From Octopus vulgaris (lineage: Eukaryota): 64,000 bases of DNA. Below the pieces are notes generated by a model. It saw only the letters and a program-made list of their open reading frames with translations, was not told the origin of the DNA and made no database searches. The position numbers were made by a program, and so were the translations under genes. Positions 27,021 to 39,037 of the stretch are shown in pieces. The stretch lies in the NCBI GenBank assembly GCA_951406725.2, contig OX597815.1, positions 171,988,001 to 172,052,000 on the forward strand, in the 5' to 3' direction. Each line of letters begins with the position of its first letter. Positions within the stretch are counted from its first letter, which is position 1.

Positions 27021-27021
<1 letters not shown>
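25675..27021 (-). CDS. Penelope-like RT + GIY-YIG endonuclease, C-terminal part with an open frame
   Basis: The frame extends upstream of the tracked ORF without stops to 'IQSLYTVIPH'. Motifs: 'GVAMGTRMGPNYANLF', 'RYIDD', 'FLD', 'SIPYSQFLRLRRLCS', linker 'CSRPRCRTC', 'IIYCISCSLC..LYIGQT.RRLADRFAEH'. Confidence 0.93.
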
Positions 27022-27054
<33 letters not shown>

Positions 27055-27399
27055 GTATATATATATATATATAAATATATATGTGTGTATGCATATATAT
27101 ATATAGATAGATAGATAGATATATGTATTTTATTTTTACACACTCACACACACACACACACATACATATACTAGTAGCTAAGCCTGGTTTCACCCAGTCT
27201 GTTTGGATGATGTGGCTGTGATCGTTTTCAGTTAGTCATAATCTATAACAGCATTTCCAGGTCCCTGTTTTGATTGAAGCTTCTTTCGGTTTCCATCTAC
27301 TAAATCTATTTGTTCCTAATACTTATGTTAAGGGTTCAAACTTTTAACAACAGCTCCACTGGGCACTCTATTCCTATTTCTTTTATATTCTTCTCAATA

Positions 27400-27757
27400 T
27401 CTTTTGATACTGTCCTCAAGGCCCCAACAGTAGTTGGGCACTATCTTCACCTTTTTCATTTTCCTTTGTTGGGCTAGCTTGTATTAAAGAGGATTATTTC
27501 ACCTTCCTTCTGAACTAAAAACGGGTCACATGGGCATGCAACATTAATTATAATGCACATGTGGCTTGCCTTGTCCACAACCATTTGGTCTGGCTTGTTG
27601 TGCACAAGCACCTGTTCAATTTGGACTGAGATATCCCACAGGGTTTTGCAAGCCTTCAACCCAGTTACTGTTTCAGTGGTTTGTTTTCATACCATTTCTT
27701 GCCTCTCTCTTTAACCCACACTTTTCACACAATTGCCAATGCCACACTTTCTTACAA
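27400..27757 (-). mobile_element. R4/Dong-like (restriction-like endonuclease) non-LTR retrotransposon fragment
   Basis: 'HWQLCEKCGL' and 'LWDISVQ.EQVLVHNKPDQMVVDK....CIIINVACPCD' match the RLE 'WD....RPD' and 'D...P.D' motifs. Confidence 0.75.
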
Positions 27758-27811
27758 ACTATTATCATTATTATTATTATTATCATTATCATCATCATCA
27801 TTATTATTATT

Positions 27812-28371
27812 GAGTGAGAGAGCAGTGCATGCCACCAAAGTAACACTGGAGTAAAATATACAAAACCCAGTAAATCCATCATGACTACTTGTCTGATAAG
27901 GGTGCACCAGGCACAAGGATCTCAACCATATGTGCACACAACATGGCGATCTCATATCAAGATAAACAGCACATCACCTTGCAGGCGGGGGGAGGGCAGA
28001 TAGAATTTTCTTCAGGTCAAGTAGCCCATCCCACTCAAATGGTCCTTGAATAAAGGTTGTTTAAGAATGTGAACAAAACATCCCTGTTTCCAGAGGTGAA
28101 TTACGCAAGCTACAAAAAATTCCTCTCAACACATGGCTATGATGCTCCCTGACTACTTCTGCTCATGATCAGAGATGCACTTATTGTCAGCCACCAAAGG
28201 ACATGCTCAACTGGTTATGGTCTAACAACGGACAAGCAATTCTGTAGAATTGAGCAGAATATTTGCTGTAGCCCATCTTTTATACTAAGACAAAACAATG
28301 AACATAATAGCACTTCCAATCAGTTCAGACCAGAAGCCATGAGAGCCACTGCCTGGTACTGCATCAGGGCA
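27812..28371. mobile_element. Unclassified ~560-bp insertion between (TTA)n and (TAA)n tracts
   Basis: GC-richer block with sharp boundaries in trinucleotide microsatellite. No convincing ORF. Confidence 0.5.
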
Positions 28372-28373
28372 AT

Positions 28374-28468
<95 letters not shown>

Positions 28469-28586
28469 GCTGCCTTAATAATAATAATAATGATAATAAT
28501 CATCATCATCATCATCATTATCGTTTAGGCGGACGCTAAACGATGATGATGATGATGATTATTATTATCATTATTATTATTATTAA

Positions 28587-28799
28587 GGCAGCGAGCTGGC
28601 AGAATTGTTAGCATACCAGGTGAAATGCTTAGCAATATTTTGTCTGCCGTTACATTCGGAGCTCAAATTCCACCGAGTTCAACTTTGCCTTTCATCCTTT
28701 TGGCGTTGATAAATTAAGTACCAGTTGAGTACTGGGGTCGATGTAATCGACTATTCCGCTCCCCCAAATTTGAGGCCTTGTGCCTATAGTAGAAAGGAT
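28587..28799 (+). mobile_element. SINE family B copy in (TTA)n
   Basis: Family B body with an (ATT)n tail. Confidence 0.82.
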
Positions 28800-28881
28800 T
28801 ATTATTATTATTATGATTATTATCAATGTCATTATTATTACTACTACTACTATTATTATTATTATTATTATTATTATTATG

Positions 28882-28933
<52 letters not shown>

Positions 28934-29149
28934 TATGTTTGACTTTTGTTTTACATTTGCACAAGCTGGCTCCAAGTCTCACCCAGAGACCTCAAGAGAC
29001 AACAAGTTGGAAGTTCATGTTGGTGTTATGACTAGGGTGCCATATATTTGGTTTTGTACTTAGTGTTGTACTAGTGAATGCCTAAAAAACCATACGAAAA
29101 TTATGTTTGTTTTAAAACTTGAGATTACAAAGAAGTATTTTGCGTAGGA

Positions 29150-29150
<1 letters not shown>
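28934..29150 (-). mobile_element. 3' terminus of a (TAA)n-associated R4/Dong-like LINE
   Basis: Minus strand starts with 'ILRKILL', followed by a 3' UTR that runs into (TAA)n. (TTA)n on both sides. Confidence 0.55.
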
Positions 29151-29231
<81 letters not shown>

Positions 29232-29233
<2 letters not shown>

Positions 29234-29761
29234 GACGAAGAGTGCGATTCGATTGTAAGATATTTGATTGAACGATATTTCAACAGTACGTCTGTTTTTG
29301 TCAAATTCAAAATAAGAAGTGATAAAAATTCAGAAATTTAATTTCTGATTCATATTTGAATGGCATGAAATCCATGGGCCCAGGATTGGGTCCAACACTG
29401 GGGTCTAGCAAAACTAACAGGGCCGACAAGCCAACCGTGAGAAGGAATAAAACGCAAAAGCTGTAATTTACATTACGATTTTCCTTAGACACCCGGCTGC
29501 TTTGGTGACTTCCAGAATTTCTATATGTTCCAATTCTTATTCTGTGTACCATAAAATCAATCATCTCAATCTACTTGATTTTTATATTTTAAAAAAGGAT
29601 TGATGTAACTCTTCACAAAGGTAAACAGTCAAGACGAAGATTGTAAGATATTTTATTGAACAGTATTTCAACAGTACGTCAGTCTTTGTCAAGTTCAAAA
29701 TAAGAAATGATAAAAATTCAGAAATTTGATTTTATGGTACACAGAATAAGAATTGGAACAT
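29232..29761. mobile_element. Unclassified element with terminal direct repeat plus inverted segment, next to (TTA)n
   Basis: Imperfect ~100-bp direct repeat 29232-29340 / 29631-29728. Inverted repeat 29525-29560 / 29727-29761. Confidence 0.55.
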
Positions 29762-29914
29762 TCAAATTCTGCAGAGTTTGACTTACTCTTTCATTCCTTT
29801 TGGGGGTCAATAAATTAAGTACCAGTGAAACACTGGGGTTGATGTAATCAAGTAGTCCCCTCCCCACAAATCTGCGGCCTTGTGCCTGCAGTACAAAGGA
29901 TTAATTATTATTAC

Positions 29915-29954
<40 letters not shown>

Positions 29955-30409
29955 TCATCCTTTCAGAGTTGATAAAATAAGCATCAGATCAGCAGTGGGG
30001 GGGTCAATGTAATTGACTTAACCCTCCCCCAAAATTGCTAGCCATTTGCCAATATTTGAAACTATTATTATTATTATTTAATAGTAATTTCATTTGACTC
30101 AATGCAACTTTAAATTTCATAGGCTTGTCAAACGAAAACTATCTCATCAAGCCCTTATCAAATAATAATATGTGTAACTCCTGCCAAATGTGTTGAGTGC
30201 CACTTTCTTTTGTTTGTCCACTCAGCAGTATATGTATGTGTGTGTGCATGTGAATTTGAAAGTATGCGCATGTATATACACATTCGCATATAATGTGCTT
30301 CTTTCAATTTCCATTAATTAAATCCACTCAGAAAGCTTTGGTTGATCTTTGGCAACTTGCCCAAACATAGTACTATATAGAGGCATGTGGTTGAGATGTG
30401 AACTTCTTA

Positions 30410-31345
30410 ACTATGGATGAAGACATCTATATGAAGAAGTGTCACACCCTGACAGTGGAGGGAACCTGTGGAAGAAGTAGACCCAGAAAGACATGGGATG
30501 AGGTGGTGAAGCACAACCTTCAAACTTTGGGTCTCACAGAGGCAATGACAAGCGACTGAGACCTTTAGAGATATGCTGTGCTTGAGAAGACCCAGCAGTC
30601 CAAGTGAGATCATAACCATGGCCAATGCCAGTGTTGCATAACTGGCCCATTTAAAAGTACCCTTCAATCATTGGACAATATGCTGTACTTGAGAAGATCT
30701 ATTGAGCCAAATGAAATCGAAGTCATGGCCAATGCTAGTGCCACTTGACTGGCACCCGTGCCGGTAGCATGTAAAAAGCACCATTCAAGCATGGTCGATG
30801 CCAGTACCACCTGACTGGCACCTGTGCCGGTGGCATGTAAAAAGGTTCATTCAAGCATGGCCAATACCAGTGCCATGAAATTGTAGTCATGACCAATACC
30901 AGTGCCATGTGACTGGCACTCGTGCCGGTGACATGTAATAAGTACCATTCAAGCATGGCTGATGTCAGTAATATCTGACTGGTACCCATGTCAGTAGCAT
31001 GTAAAAAGCACCGTTCGAACATGGCTGATGCCAGTACTGCCTGACTGGCTAGCAGCATATAAAAAACACCATTTGAGCGTGGTCAACGCCAATTCCACAT
31101 GACTGGCTCCCGTGCCAGTGACACATAAAATGCACAATTTGAGAATGGTCAAGGTCAGTGCCACCTGACTGGCTCTCATGCCAGTACACTCTTGGAGTGG
31201 TTGGCATTAGGAAGGGCATCCAGTTGTAGAAACCTTGCCAGATCAGATTGGAGCATGGTTCAGCCTCCCAGCTTACCAATCCTCAGTTAAACTGTCCAAC
31301 CCATGCCAGCATGGAAAATGGACGTTAAACGATGATGATGATGAT
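30410..31345 (+). mobile_element. RTE-clade LINE 3' end with (GAT)n tail and ~58-bp tandem repeats in the 3' UTR
   Basis: 'KKCHTLTVEGTCGRSRPRKTWDEVVKH' C-terminus. Repeated GACTGGCACCCGTGCCGGTGGCATGTAAAAAGCACC-like units at 30720-31185. Ends GTTAAACGATGATG. Confidence 0.85.
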
Positions 31346-32725
31346 CCCCATGGATGACAGCAAGCTCTAAATAAGTTTTCATCTTCATGTATATTTTGAG
31401 CAGTTAAAGCAAGTAAAATCCATTCTTCTCCAAGTTAAAACAACAGGAAGAGTTGAACTCAGCTCTGCAAGATAACAAAACACTGATTCCAATATAAGTT
31501 TCAATATTAGGCTAGCAGTGTTGTGGGAGGGGCTAAGTCATTTACACCATTCCTAGTGCTCAGCTGGTACTTATTTTATTGACCCCCAAAAGGATGAAAG
31601 GCAAAGTCTACCTCGGCATTTGAATTCAGAGCACAAAGAGAGGTGAAAAGCTGCTAAACATTTTGCCTGGTGTGCTAACAATTCTGCCAGTGCACCACCC
31701 TAACACTAACCCTGATATTCCAACCATTTATCTCTATGGTACCACTCTTCAACTTGGTGAATCTGACTGAACATTAAAAAGTGGATGATGTGGAGACATG
31801 TGGCTTAGTGGCTGGAGTGTTGCACTCATGATCATAAGACTGAGGTTTCAATTCCTTGATCAAGTGAGGCATTTGTTCTTGAGCAAGACACTTCATTTCA
31901 CATTGCTCCAGTCCACTCAGCTGACAAAAATGAGTAATTCTGTGACAGACCAGCACACCATCCAGAGGGTAGGGAATATATACACCACAAAATCCAGGAA
32001 ACGGCCTTATGAGCATATGGCTGGGGAAGAATCTTGATTTTTTTTTTAATTGCAGTTACTGTCAGATGATGAGCCATGTCTTATGCAGCCTGTCTCTCAA
32101 AAGAAGGTTACCCACGCCTGCTTTATATGTTCTCTAGGATGAATTTTTTTGCCACATCAAATTTCATTCTAGATTACTGGTAGATATATGTACAAAGGTG
32201 TAAACCTGCTGTACAGAAAATAATTAGGAATAATTTGGTGCTAAAAGCAAGTTGTCATGTCTTTACAGTAAGTAAGCTTGTTTGGTCTATTGATTTTTGT
32301 TTTCTTTTGAACTGTACATTATTATTTACCCAAATGTGAGTACTTTTCATATTAGCATATTTCACTAATCCTGGATTAACCAACAATAAATTGTGTGTGT
32401 GTGTGGGGGGGGGGGGTGAAGGTATGTAGTTAAGTGGTTATAGTGTTGGGCTTATGATCATAACATTGAGAATTCAGTTCTTAGAGTGAGCATTGCTTGG
32501 TGTCCTTATGTAAAGCATAACATTTCCTGTTGCTCCTGTCAATTCTGATGAAATGACTATCAGCCAAATACTGGTGCATTTCTTTTTTCTCTTATGAATG
32601 TTCTGCTGGATTTCTGAGATGTCTATGTATGCTCACAACTAAATAGGCAACTAAAGCAACTAGTGGAAAGTATGATGCCTGCTACCAAATCATACTCACT
32701 TGCAAGTGATAGCTGTAGTTTTTAG

Positions 32726-32762
<37 letters not shown>

Positions 32763-32802
32763 TGTGTGTGTGTGTGTGTGCATGTGTGCGTGTGTGTGTG
32801 TG

Positions 32803-32949
32803 TGCATGCATATGTAGGTAGGTAGGTCGGTAGGTAAGTAGATATATATGTTTTTAGGTATGTACTCATTATAATTTTCATATCCTTTGTTCAATAGTAG
32901 CACATACTGGATGGGTCTGCAGTATGACACATAATCAGTTTTTTTGTTG

Positions 32950-32991
<42 letters not shown>

Positions 32992-33143
32992 ATGTGTGTG
33001 CATGCATATGTAGGTAGGTAGGTCGGTAGGTATGTAGATATATATGTTTTTAGGTATGTACTCATTATAATTTTGATATCCTTTGTTCAATAGTAGCACA
33101 TACTGGATGGGTCTGCAGTATGACACGTAATCAGTTTTTTTGT
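32803..33143. repeat. Tandem duplication of a ~197-bp unit that includes a (TG)n tract
   Basis: GCATGCATATGTAGGTAGG...CTGCAGTATGACAC.TAATCAGTTTTTTTG occurs twice with few differences. Confidence 0.9.
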
Positions 33144-33697
33144 TTTGTTTTATATCATTAGTGAAGGCACATGGTGAAGTGGTTAGGATTTCCAGCTCAC
33201 AATCGTCATGTCATGAGTTCGATTCCTGGCAGTGTATTTTGTCCTTGAGCAAGACACTTTATTTCATGTTGCTCCAGTCCACTCTGCTGACAAAAAATGA
33301 ATTGTACCTGTAATTCAAAGGGCCAGCCTTGTCATATTCTGTGTCGCACTAAATCTCTCTGAGAATTACGTTAAAGGTATGCATGTCTGTGGAGTGTGCA
33401 ACCACCTGCATGTTAATTTCACAAGGAAGCTGTTCCATTGATCTTGAACCCTTGTCAGTGTAACCGACAGAGTGCCAGTTTTTAAGGAAACCCTGTTGTA
33501 GCACCTTTCACCTCATTACTTTTCATTTATGTACCGTCTCAGAACAAAGCATATTTATTTTCATCCAGTAGCTACCATTCATATGCATTTCATGTCGACA
33601 GAAGTACAACTACCCCGTCCTCCACATAAACCAATGCAGTTGCTTGACTTGCTGGAGATATTAACCAAATCTTACTTAGTTCACACCTTACACTTTT

Positions 33698-34100
33698 CAG
33701 GAGTGGCTGTGTGGTAAGTAGCTTGTTTACCAACCACATGGTTCCGGGTTCAGTCCCACTGCGTGGCACCTTGGGCAAGTGTCTTCTACTACAGCCTCGG
33801 GCCGACCATAGCCTTGTGAGTGGATTTGGTGGACGGAAACTGAAAGAAGCCCATCGTATATATGCACGTATATATATATGCTTGTGTGTTTGTGTGTCTG
33901 TGTTTGTCCCCATAGCATTGCTTGACAACTGATGCTGGTGTGTTTATGTCCCCGTTACTTAGCGGTTTGGCAAAAGAGACTGATAGAATAAGTACTAGGC
34001 TTACAAAAGAATAAGTCCTGGGGTCGAGTTTGCTCGATTAAAGGCGGTGCTCCAGCATGGCCGCAGTCAAATGACTGAAACAAGTAAAAGAGTAAAAGAG
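33698..34100 (+). mobile_element. SINE family A copy
   Basis: Colinear with 45087-45481. Confidence 0.88.
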
Positions 34101-34139
34101 AGAAAGAGTATATACGAAAAATATAAAAGGCATAATGAT

Positions 34140-34500
34140 GAGAAAAAGGGAAATTCCAGAGAGTTGTAGTTAAAGGTAGAAATGATAAAGTAAAATGCTT
34201 AGTATGTGATTTGGGGAGCTGAGTACAGCAGGAATGATAAGAGAGGAGGCAAGTGCAATATGTGGAGTTGTTAGACACTTTGCTAGTTTAAAAGAACAAG
34301 AGACATTGTAATAGTGAAAGAAGAGGCAAAGAGGAGAAACAGCATATCTTTGAGTTAATGGTAGTAGCAAGTTGTTGAATGAATGTTTGCAAGGGATGAC
34401 TGCACTGGTATGTACATAGGATGTGAACTGACAATGAGTTCTAGGTGAAAAAGTACCATATGCTGTCAATGTAGTGTACTATGAAAGAGAAAAACTGAAG
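34140..34500 (-). mobile_element. Decayed CR1/Jockey-like LINE C-terminal fragment
   Basis: Translated remnants 'RYAVSPLCLFFHYYN' and 'HFTLSFLPLTTTLWN'. Confidence 0.65.
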
Positions 34501-36188
34501 AATATGCAGAAGATGTGACTAAACAATTCAGATTCAGTTGTTTACATTATTGTTTTTTTTATCACAAAGAAAGGTAAACTTTAAATGGTTCCATTGACAG
34601 CAATACCAACATACTAGTGAAATCTTTCCATCTCCATTATAACTAATGATTGAAAGTAATAATTATATATAATCTTTCTATTGTAAGCACAAGGTCTGAA
34701 ATTTGTGGGTTGGGGGCCAGTCAATTACATCAATCTCAGTGCATTCTGAGACCCCCTTTGGTCATGACACAGACCATGGGATTGCACCTAGAAAGTTACC
34801 CTCCCAGGCAAAAGTCAGGACAAGGTTGTTTATGGAAGACCAGCAGTCACCCATCCATACCGGCCTCCCTTCTCCATGCCACCAGTGTTATCCAAGGGAA
34901 AGGCAACGGCCGATACAGCTTGGCACCTGTGACGTCGCAACTCATTTTTACAACTGAGCGAACTGGAGCAAAGTGAAATAAAGTGTCTTGCTCAAGAACA
35001 TAACACGCAGCCCAGTCCAGGATTTGAGCTCACAACCTCACAATTGTAAGCTTGACGCTTTAACCACTGAGCCTTCACCTCAGTGCATAACTGGTACTTA
35101 TTTCATCAACCCCAAAAGGATGAAACGCAAAGTCAACCTCAGGGGAATTTGAACTCAGAATGTAAAGACAGACAAAATGCTGCAAAGTATTTTGTCCAGC
35201 ATAACACTTCATGACTTTATCATAAGTCCTTGTAGATAATTAATATCTAAGTTCTTGCAATGAATTCCACACTAACTATACAATTAATAATTATAATTAT
35301 CTTCCAATGACTTGAATTGCTCTCACAAGCCATTCAATCATTTCTAGCTTTCTCATTTTCAATAAACTTCAAAATATACTGGAGGCATAAGTAAAACTCA
35401 GTTCCATCATATCTCATCTCATTATTTCTATAGGTTAAATTAGCTTTTCATTTTTAATTTGAGAACAGGATAGCAGTGTGTCTGGTTAATATAGACACTT
35501 CCAGGTTTTGGAAATCAGGACTGAGAGTAGTGTTGTTAATGGTTCATGTTCTTTAATTTTTTTTCCTGTGGTTTGGATAGTCTAAATGATTGGATTCAGT
35601 TAATATGAGTGCAAGCATGTGTGTGTTAAGTAAAAAAAATATACATATGATTATCTTACATAATATGTATATGAAACCAAAATAGTATGTAGACAATTTT
35701 CCAACAGAATATTTACTGCAAGTTACCAGCTAGCTATGAAAAAGCTCACTTTCACCAAATATTGCCTTGCACCTTTTAACATTATTAAAATGTTCTCTAT
35801 CTTTCTGAGCATCATAAAATTATGTCACATTCCTATTAATGCTATCGAATCTCTTCTTTCTAGCTTAACCAAAGTTTACCTCTATAATTGGTGAAAATAA
35901 TAGCATAACAACTAAACTTAAAATGTTTAGTCACAACATCACCAATTTTCTCTATATATCCTTCAGCTGTTCTCTTTCATGATACCTTACATCAATAAAA
36001 TTCTTTATCAAACACACATATGCATGCAGGTGTGGGTATGAATGTATGGTTAAGAAGTACACTTTGTAATCCTATGGTTTCAGGATCAGTACCATCACAC
36101 AGTGTCTAGGTAAGCGTTTTCTATCATAGCCCCAGACTAACCAGTGCTTTGTGGGTGAATTTGATAAATGCATAGAAACCTATTGTAT

Positions 36189-36560
36189 AGGCTCAGGAGT
36201 GGCTGTGTGCTAAGTAGCTTGCTTACCAACCACATGGTTCTGGGTTCAGTCCCACTGCATGGCACCTTAAGTAAGTGTCTTCTTCTATAGCCTCGGGCTG
36301 ACCAAAGCCTTGTGAGTGGATTTGGTAGACGGAAACTAAAAGAAGCTTGTCGTATATGTGTGTGTGCGTGTGTGTATATATGTGTGTGTATATATTTGTA
36401 TGCCTGTGTTTGTCCCCCCACCATCGCTTGACAACCGATGCAGGTGTGTTTACATCCCTGTAACTTAGCAGTTCGGCAAAAGAGACCGATAGAATAAGTA
36501 CTAGGCTCGACTAAAGGTGGTGCTCCAGCATGGCCGTAGTCAAATGACAAACAAATAAAA
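36189..36560 (+). mobile_element. SINE family A copy
   Basis: Colinear, with a small internal deletion. Confidence 0.85.
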
Positions 36561-36561
36561 G

Positions 36562-36595
<34 letters not shown>

Positions 36596-37004
36596 TAAAT
36601 CATCATCATCATCATTTAACTTGTGTGTGTGTGTATGTGTGCCTTTGTGTTTTTGCTCAGCTCTCACTGCTTGACACCAATGTAAAATACATGGAGACCA
36701 TAAATCTTCACCTGTTCCTGCTCCCCCAACAATACCTTGCTTTAAAACAACCACCATATCTTCTATCCTTCCTCTCAGACCAAGGTGTTCTTCAGTCTTG
36801 TAAGTACCCAGTACACAAAGTAAAGCAGTTGGCATTATGAAAAGCATTTAGCCATTGAAATCATACCAAAACTGTGACACTGAAGTGAGAAGTGCTCCTC
36901 TCACCAATTGAATCCAATCAAACGTCCAACCCAAGCTAGCATGGAAAGTAGATGTAAAATGATGATGATGATGATCAGCAGTTGTAAGGATAATAGTTTG
37001 AGCT

Positions 37005-37372
37005 CCACTTTTTGCATACCTTTCCTTCTTGGGACACAAAACTCTGCTTGCGAAGACCTGTTGAGGCAAGTGAAATCGAAATCGCTCAAAAATCAATGGA
37101 AATTGTAGTTGTGATACCAGTGCCGGTGGCACATAAAAGAATCATCCGAATGTGGCCATTGCCAGCTCCGCCCCGACTGGCCTCCGTGCCGGTGGCACGT
37201 AAAAAGCACCCACTACACTCACGGAGTGGTTGGCGTTAGGAAGGGTATCCAGCTGTAGAAACGCTGCCAGATCAGACTGGGCCTGGTGCAGCCTCCTGGC
37301 TTCCCAGACCCCAGTCGAACCGTCCAACCCATGCTAGCATGGAAAGCGGATGTTAAACAATGATGATGATGA
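37005..37372 (+). mobile_element. RTE-family 3' UTR copy
   Basis: Same 3' UTR and (GAT)n tail. Confidence 0.8.
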
Positions 37373-38167
37373 TTCACAAACATAAGAACAATAGTCTAAG
37401 CTATATAGTTACCCTTCATTAGTAAAAGAGTTAATTACCAAGTAGATGATGACTTTCATAAGGAATCAAACTTGTATGCAGAAAATGAAGGAGTATGCAA
37501 TGAGCACTTGTCTTCATTGTTGTTGTTGATGTGTAGTCTGAGTCAACTTCGATCAAGCAGACCTAATAGAGATATCATGAACATAGTTTGTGTATATAAA
37601 TGGTTGTGATAGTGAAGCATCTATAAATCTGAAGAAAGGAACTAGGTTAAGGAAATTACTGAAATCTGAGGTGTTCGTGATTTAACAATGCAGAATGTGG
37701 GTTAAGGGTTTTGTTAATGTGCTGTGATAGAAAATAGCAAAACAGTGAATAGAAATTTAACACTTGCTTGAATCTTGACAATATTGGAAACACTCATATT
37801 GTTACAAACATCACATGTGGTTGTATTGTTGTTTTGGTAACAAGATCAGAGAAGAATGTGGCCCAATTATTTAATTATCAAATGCCAGCAAAATATGTTT
37901 ACAACACCTTTTATCTGAACATCTAATTTATAACTAAAACATTTCTGGAATAAATCAAACTTTCTGGATTGTTCATAAAATCAGGATATCTAAAAAGTGT
38001 TTCAGTATGTCTTTTATAAAATTATATAATTTGGAAACAGAAAAAAATCTTAAAAAAAGCAAGAAACATCTTCAGATATTCAAACATATTTTTAATAAAT
38101 TATTATAATTTCTGATGGTTAGGTACATCTGGGTTTAGTAAGATATTTAATTAGCTTCTTCAAACTG

Positions 38168-38372
38168 CTAAATATTCAGATTTGGCCACCATGCAGGTAT
38201 TTTAGCTTTCACTTTGTGATTGTCCAAATCAAAATATCCATCTTGAATCTGTAGAACAGGTTTCAATTGCAATAAAGCTAAGCCATGTTTTCCAATGTTA
38301 CCTCGAAATTTGCCAATACTTTTCCCTGTAGAATCAACAATTGGCTTGTCTTTCATAATCTCTCCGGGCTCG
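38168..38372 (-). CDS. IBA57: IBA57-like terminal coding exon 6 (…GKSIGKFRGNIGKHGLALLQL…IPAWWPNLNI*)
   Basis: gtattttag acceptor, phase 2. Family C-terminal 'GKFR....GLALL' and 'P.WWP'. Ends at TAG. Total CDS is 1242 nt. Confidence 0.9.
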
Positions 38373-38517
38373 CTAAAATACAAAACAAAAACTATGAACA
38401 ATAGAATTAGCAGCCAAATGTTATTGACACAGAATCTGCCAAAATCTAGTAACTCACATTACAAGACAACAGAATGAACTACTAAATAAGCAATAACTTT
38501 TCAATTTTGAGTAAATA

Positions 38518-39037
38518 CAGGGAGTCCCAGAATGAACAGTGAAATTGGGCAATTTTTTTAAAAACTCCCTTTATTTAAGTATATTGTGTTAAAAGTGTAT
38601 AAATTTTAAATTTTGCTTATAATTTTATAATTTTTATAAATTCTTTTATAATTTTAGTTTCATTCTTTTTGGATCCCACTTATCTGCCCATGACAACTTC
38701 TTTTCAATTTGGCTGCAATCATTTTTTTTCTACCACTCTCCCCGGGATAGAGCAATAGTTAAGCTGAACTTAAAGAATGCATTCAGTTAGCAGTGCAGGA
38801 GATAACTCCTGAAATGCTTCAAAATGTGTTTTGCAATGCTAAGAATAGATTTGAAATTTGCAGGGATACAGACACAATACATGTTGAAAATTTTCAATAA
38901 AGTATCAAAACTTTATTGAAAATTTATAAATCTACTTGTCTTTGTATGATAATTAACTAATAGACATAAAATTCTGATTTTTTTTTTTAATTTGCTCAAT
39001 TTCATTGAAACAGAGAGTTAAATCTGGGATACCCTGC
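38518..39037 (+). mobile_element. Internally deleted Tc1/mariner-superfamily element
   Basis: TA-CAGGGAGTCCCAGA / TCTGGGATACCCTG ends. Remnant 'ELKECIQLAVQEITPEMLQNVF.NAKNRFEIC....HVE' is typical of a transposase C-terminus. Confidence 0.65.

Larger units (their letters stand above)
28372..29231. repeat. (TAA)n/(TTA)n microsatellite field broken up by several insertions
   Basis: Direct reading. Confidence 0.93.

Noticed and set aside
30720-31185. Regularly spaced ~58-bp repeats resembling a CRISPR array
   Set aside because: Degenerate tandem units within an RTE 3' UTR in a eukaryote. No unique spacers or cas genes.
36137-36847. 236-aa ORF
   Set aside because: Mostly an antisense reading of a SINE A copy plus microsatellite.
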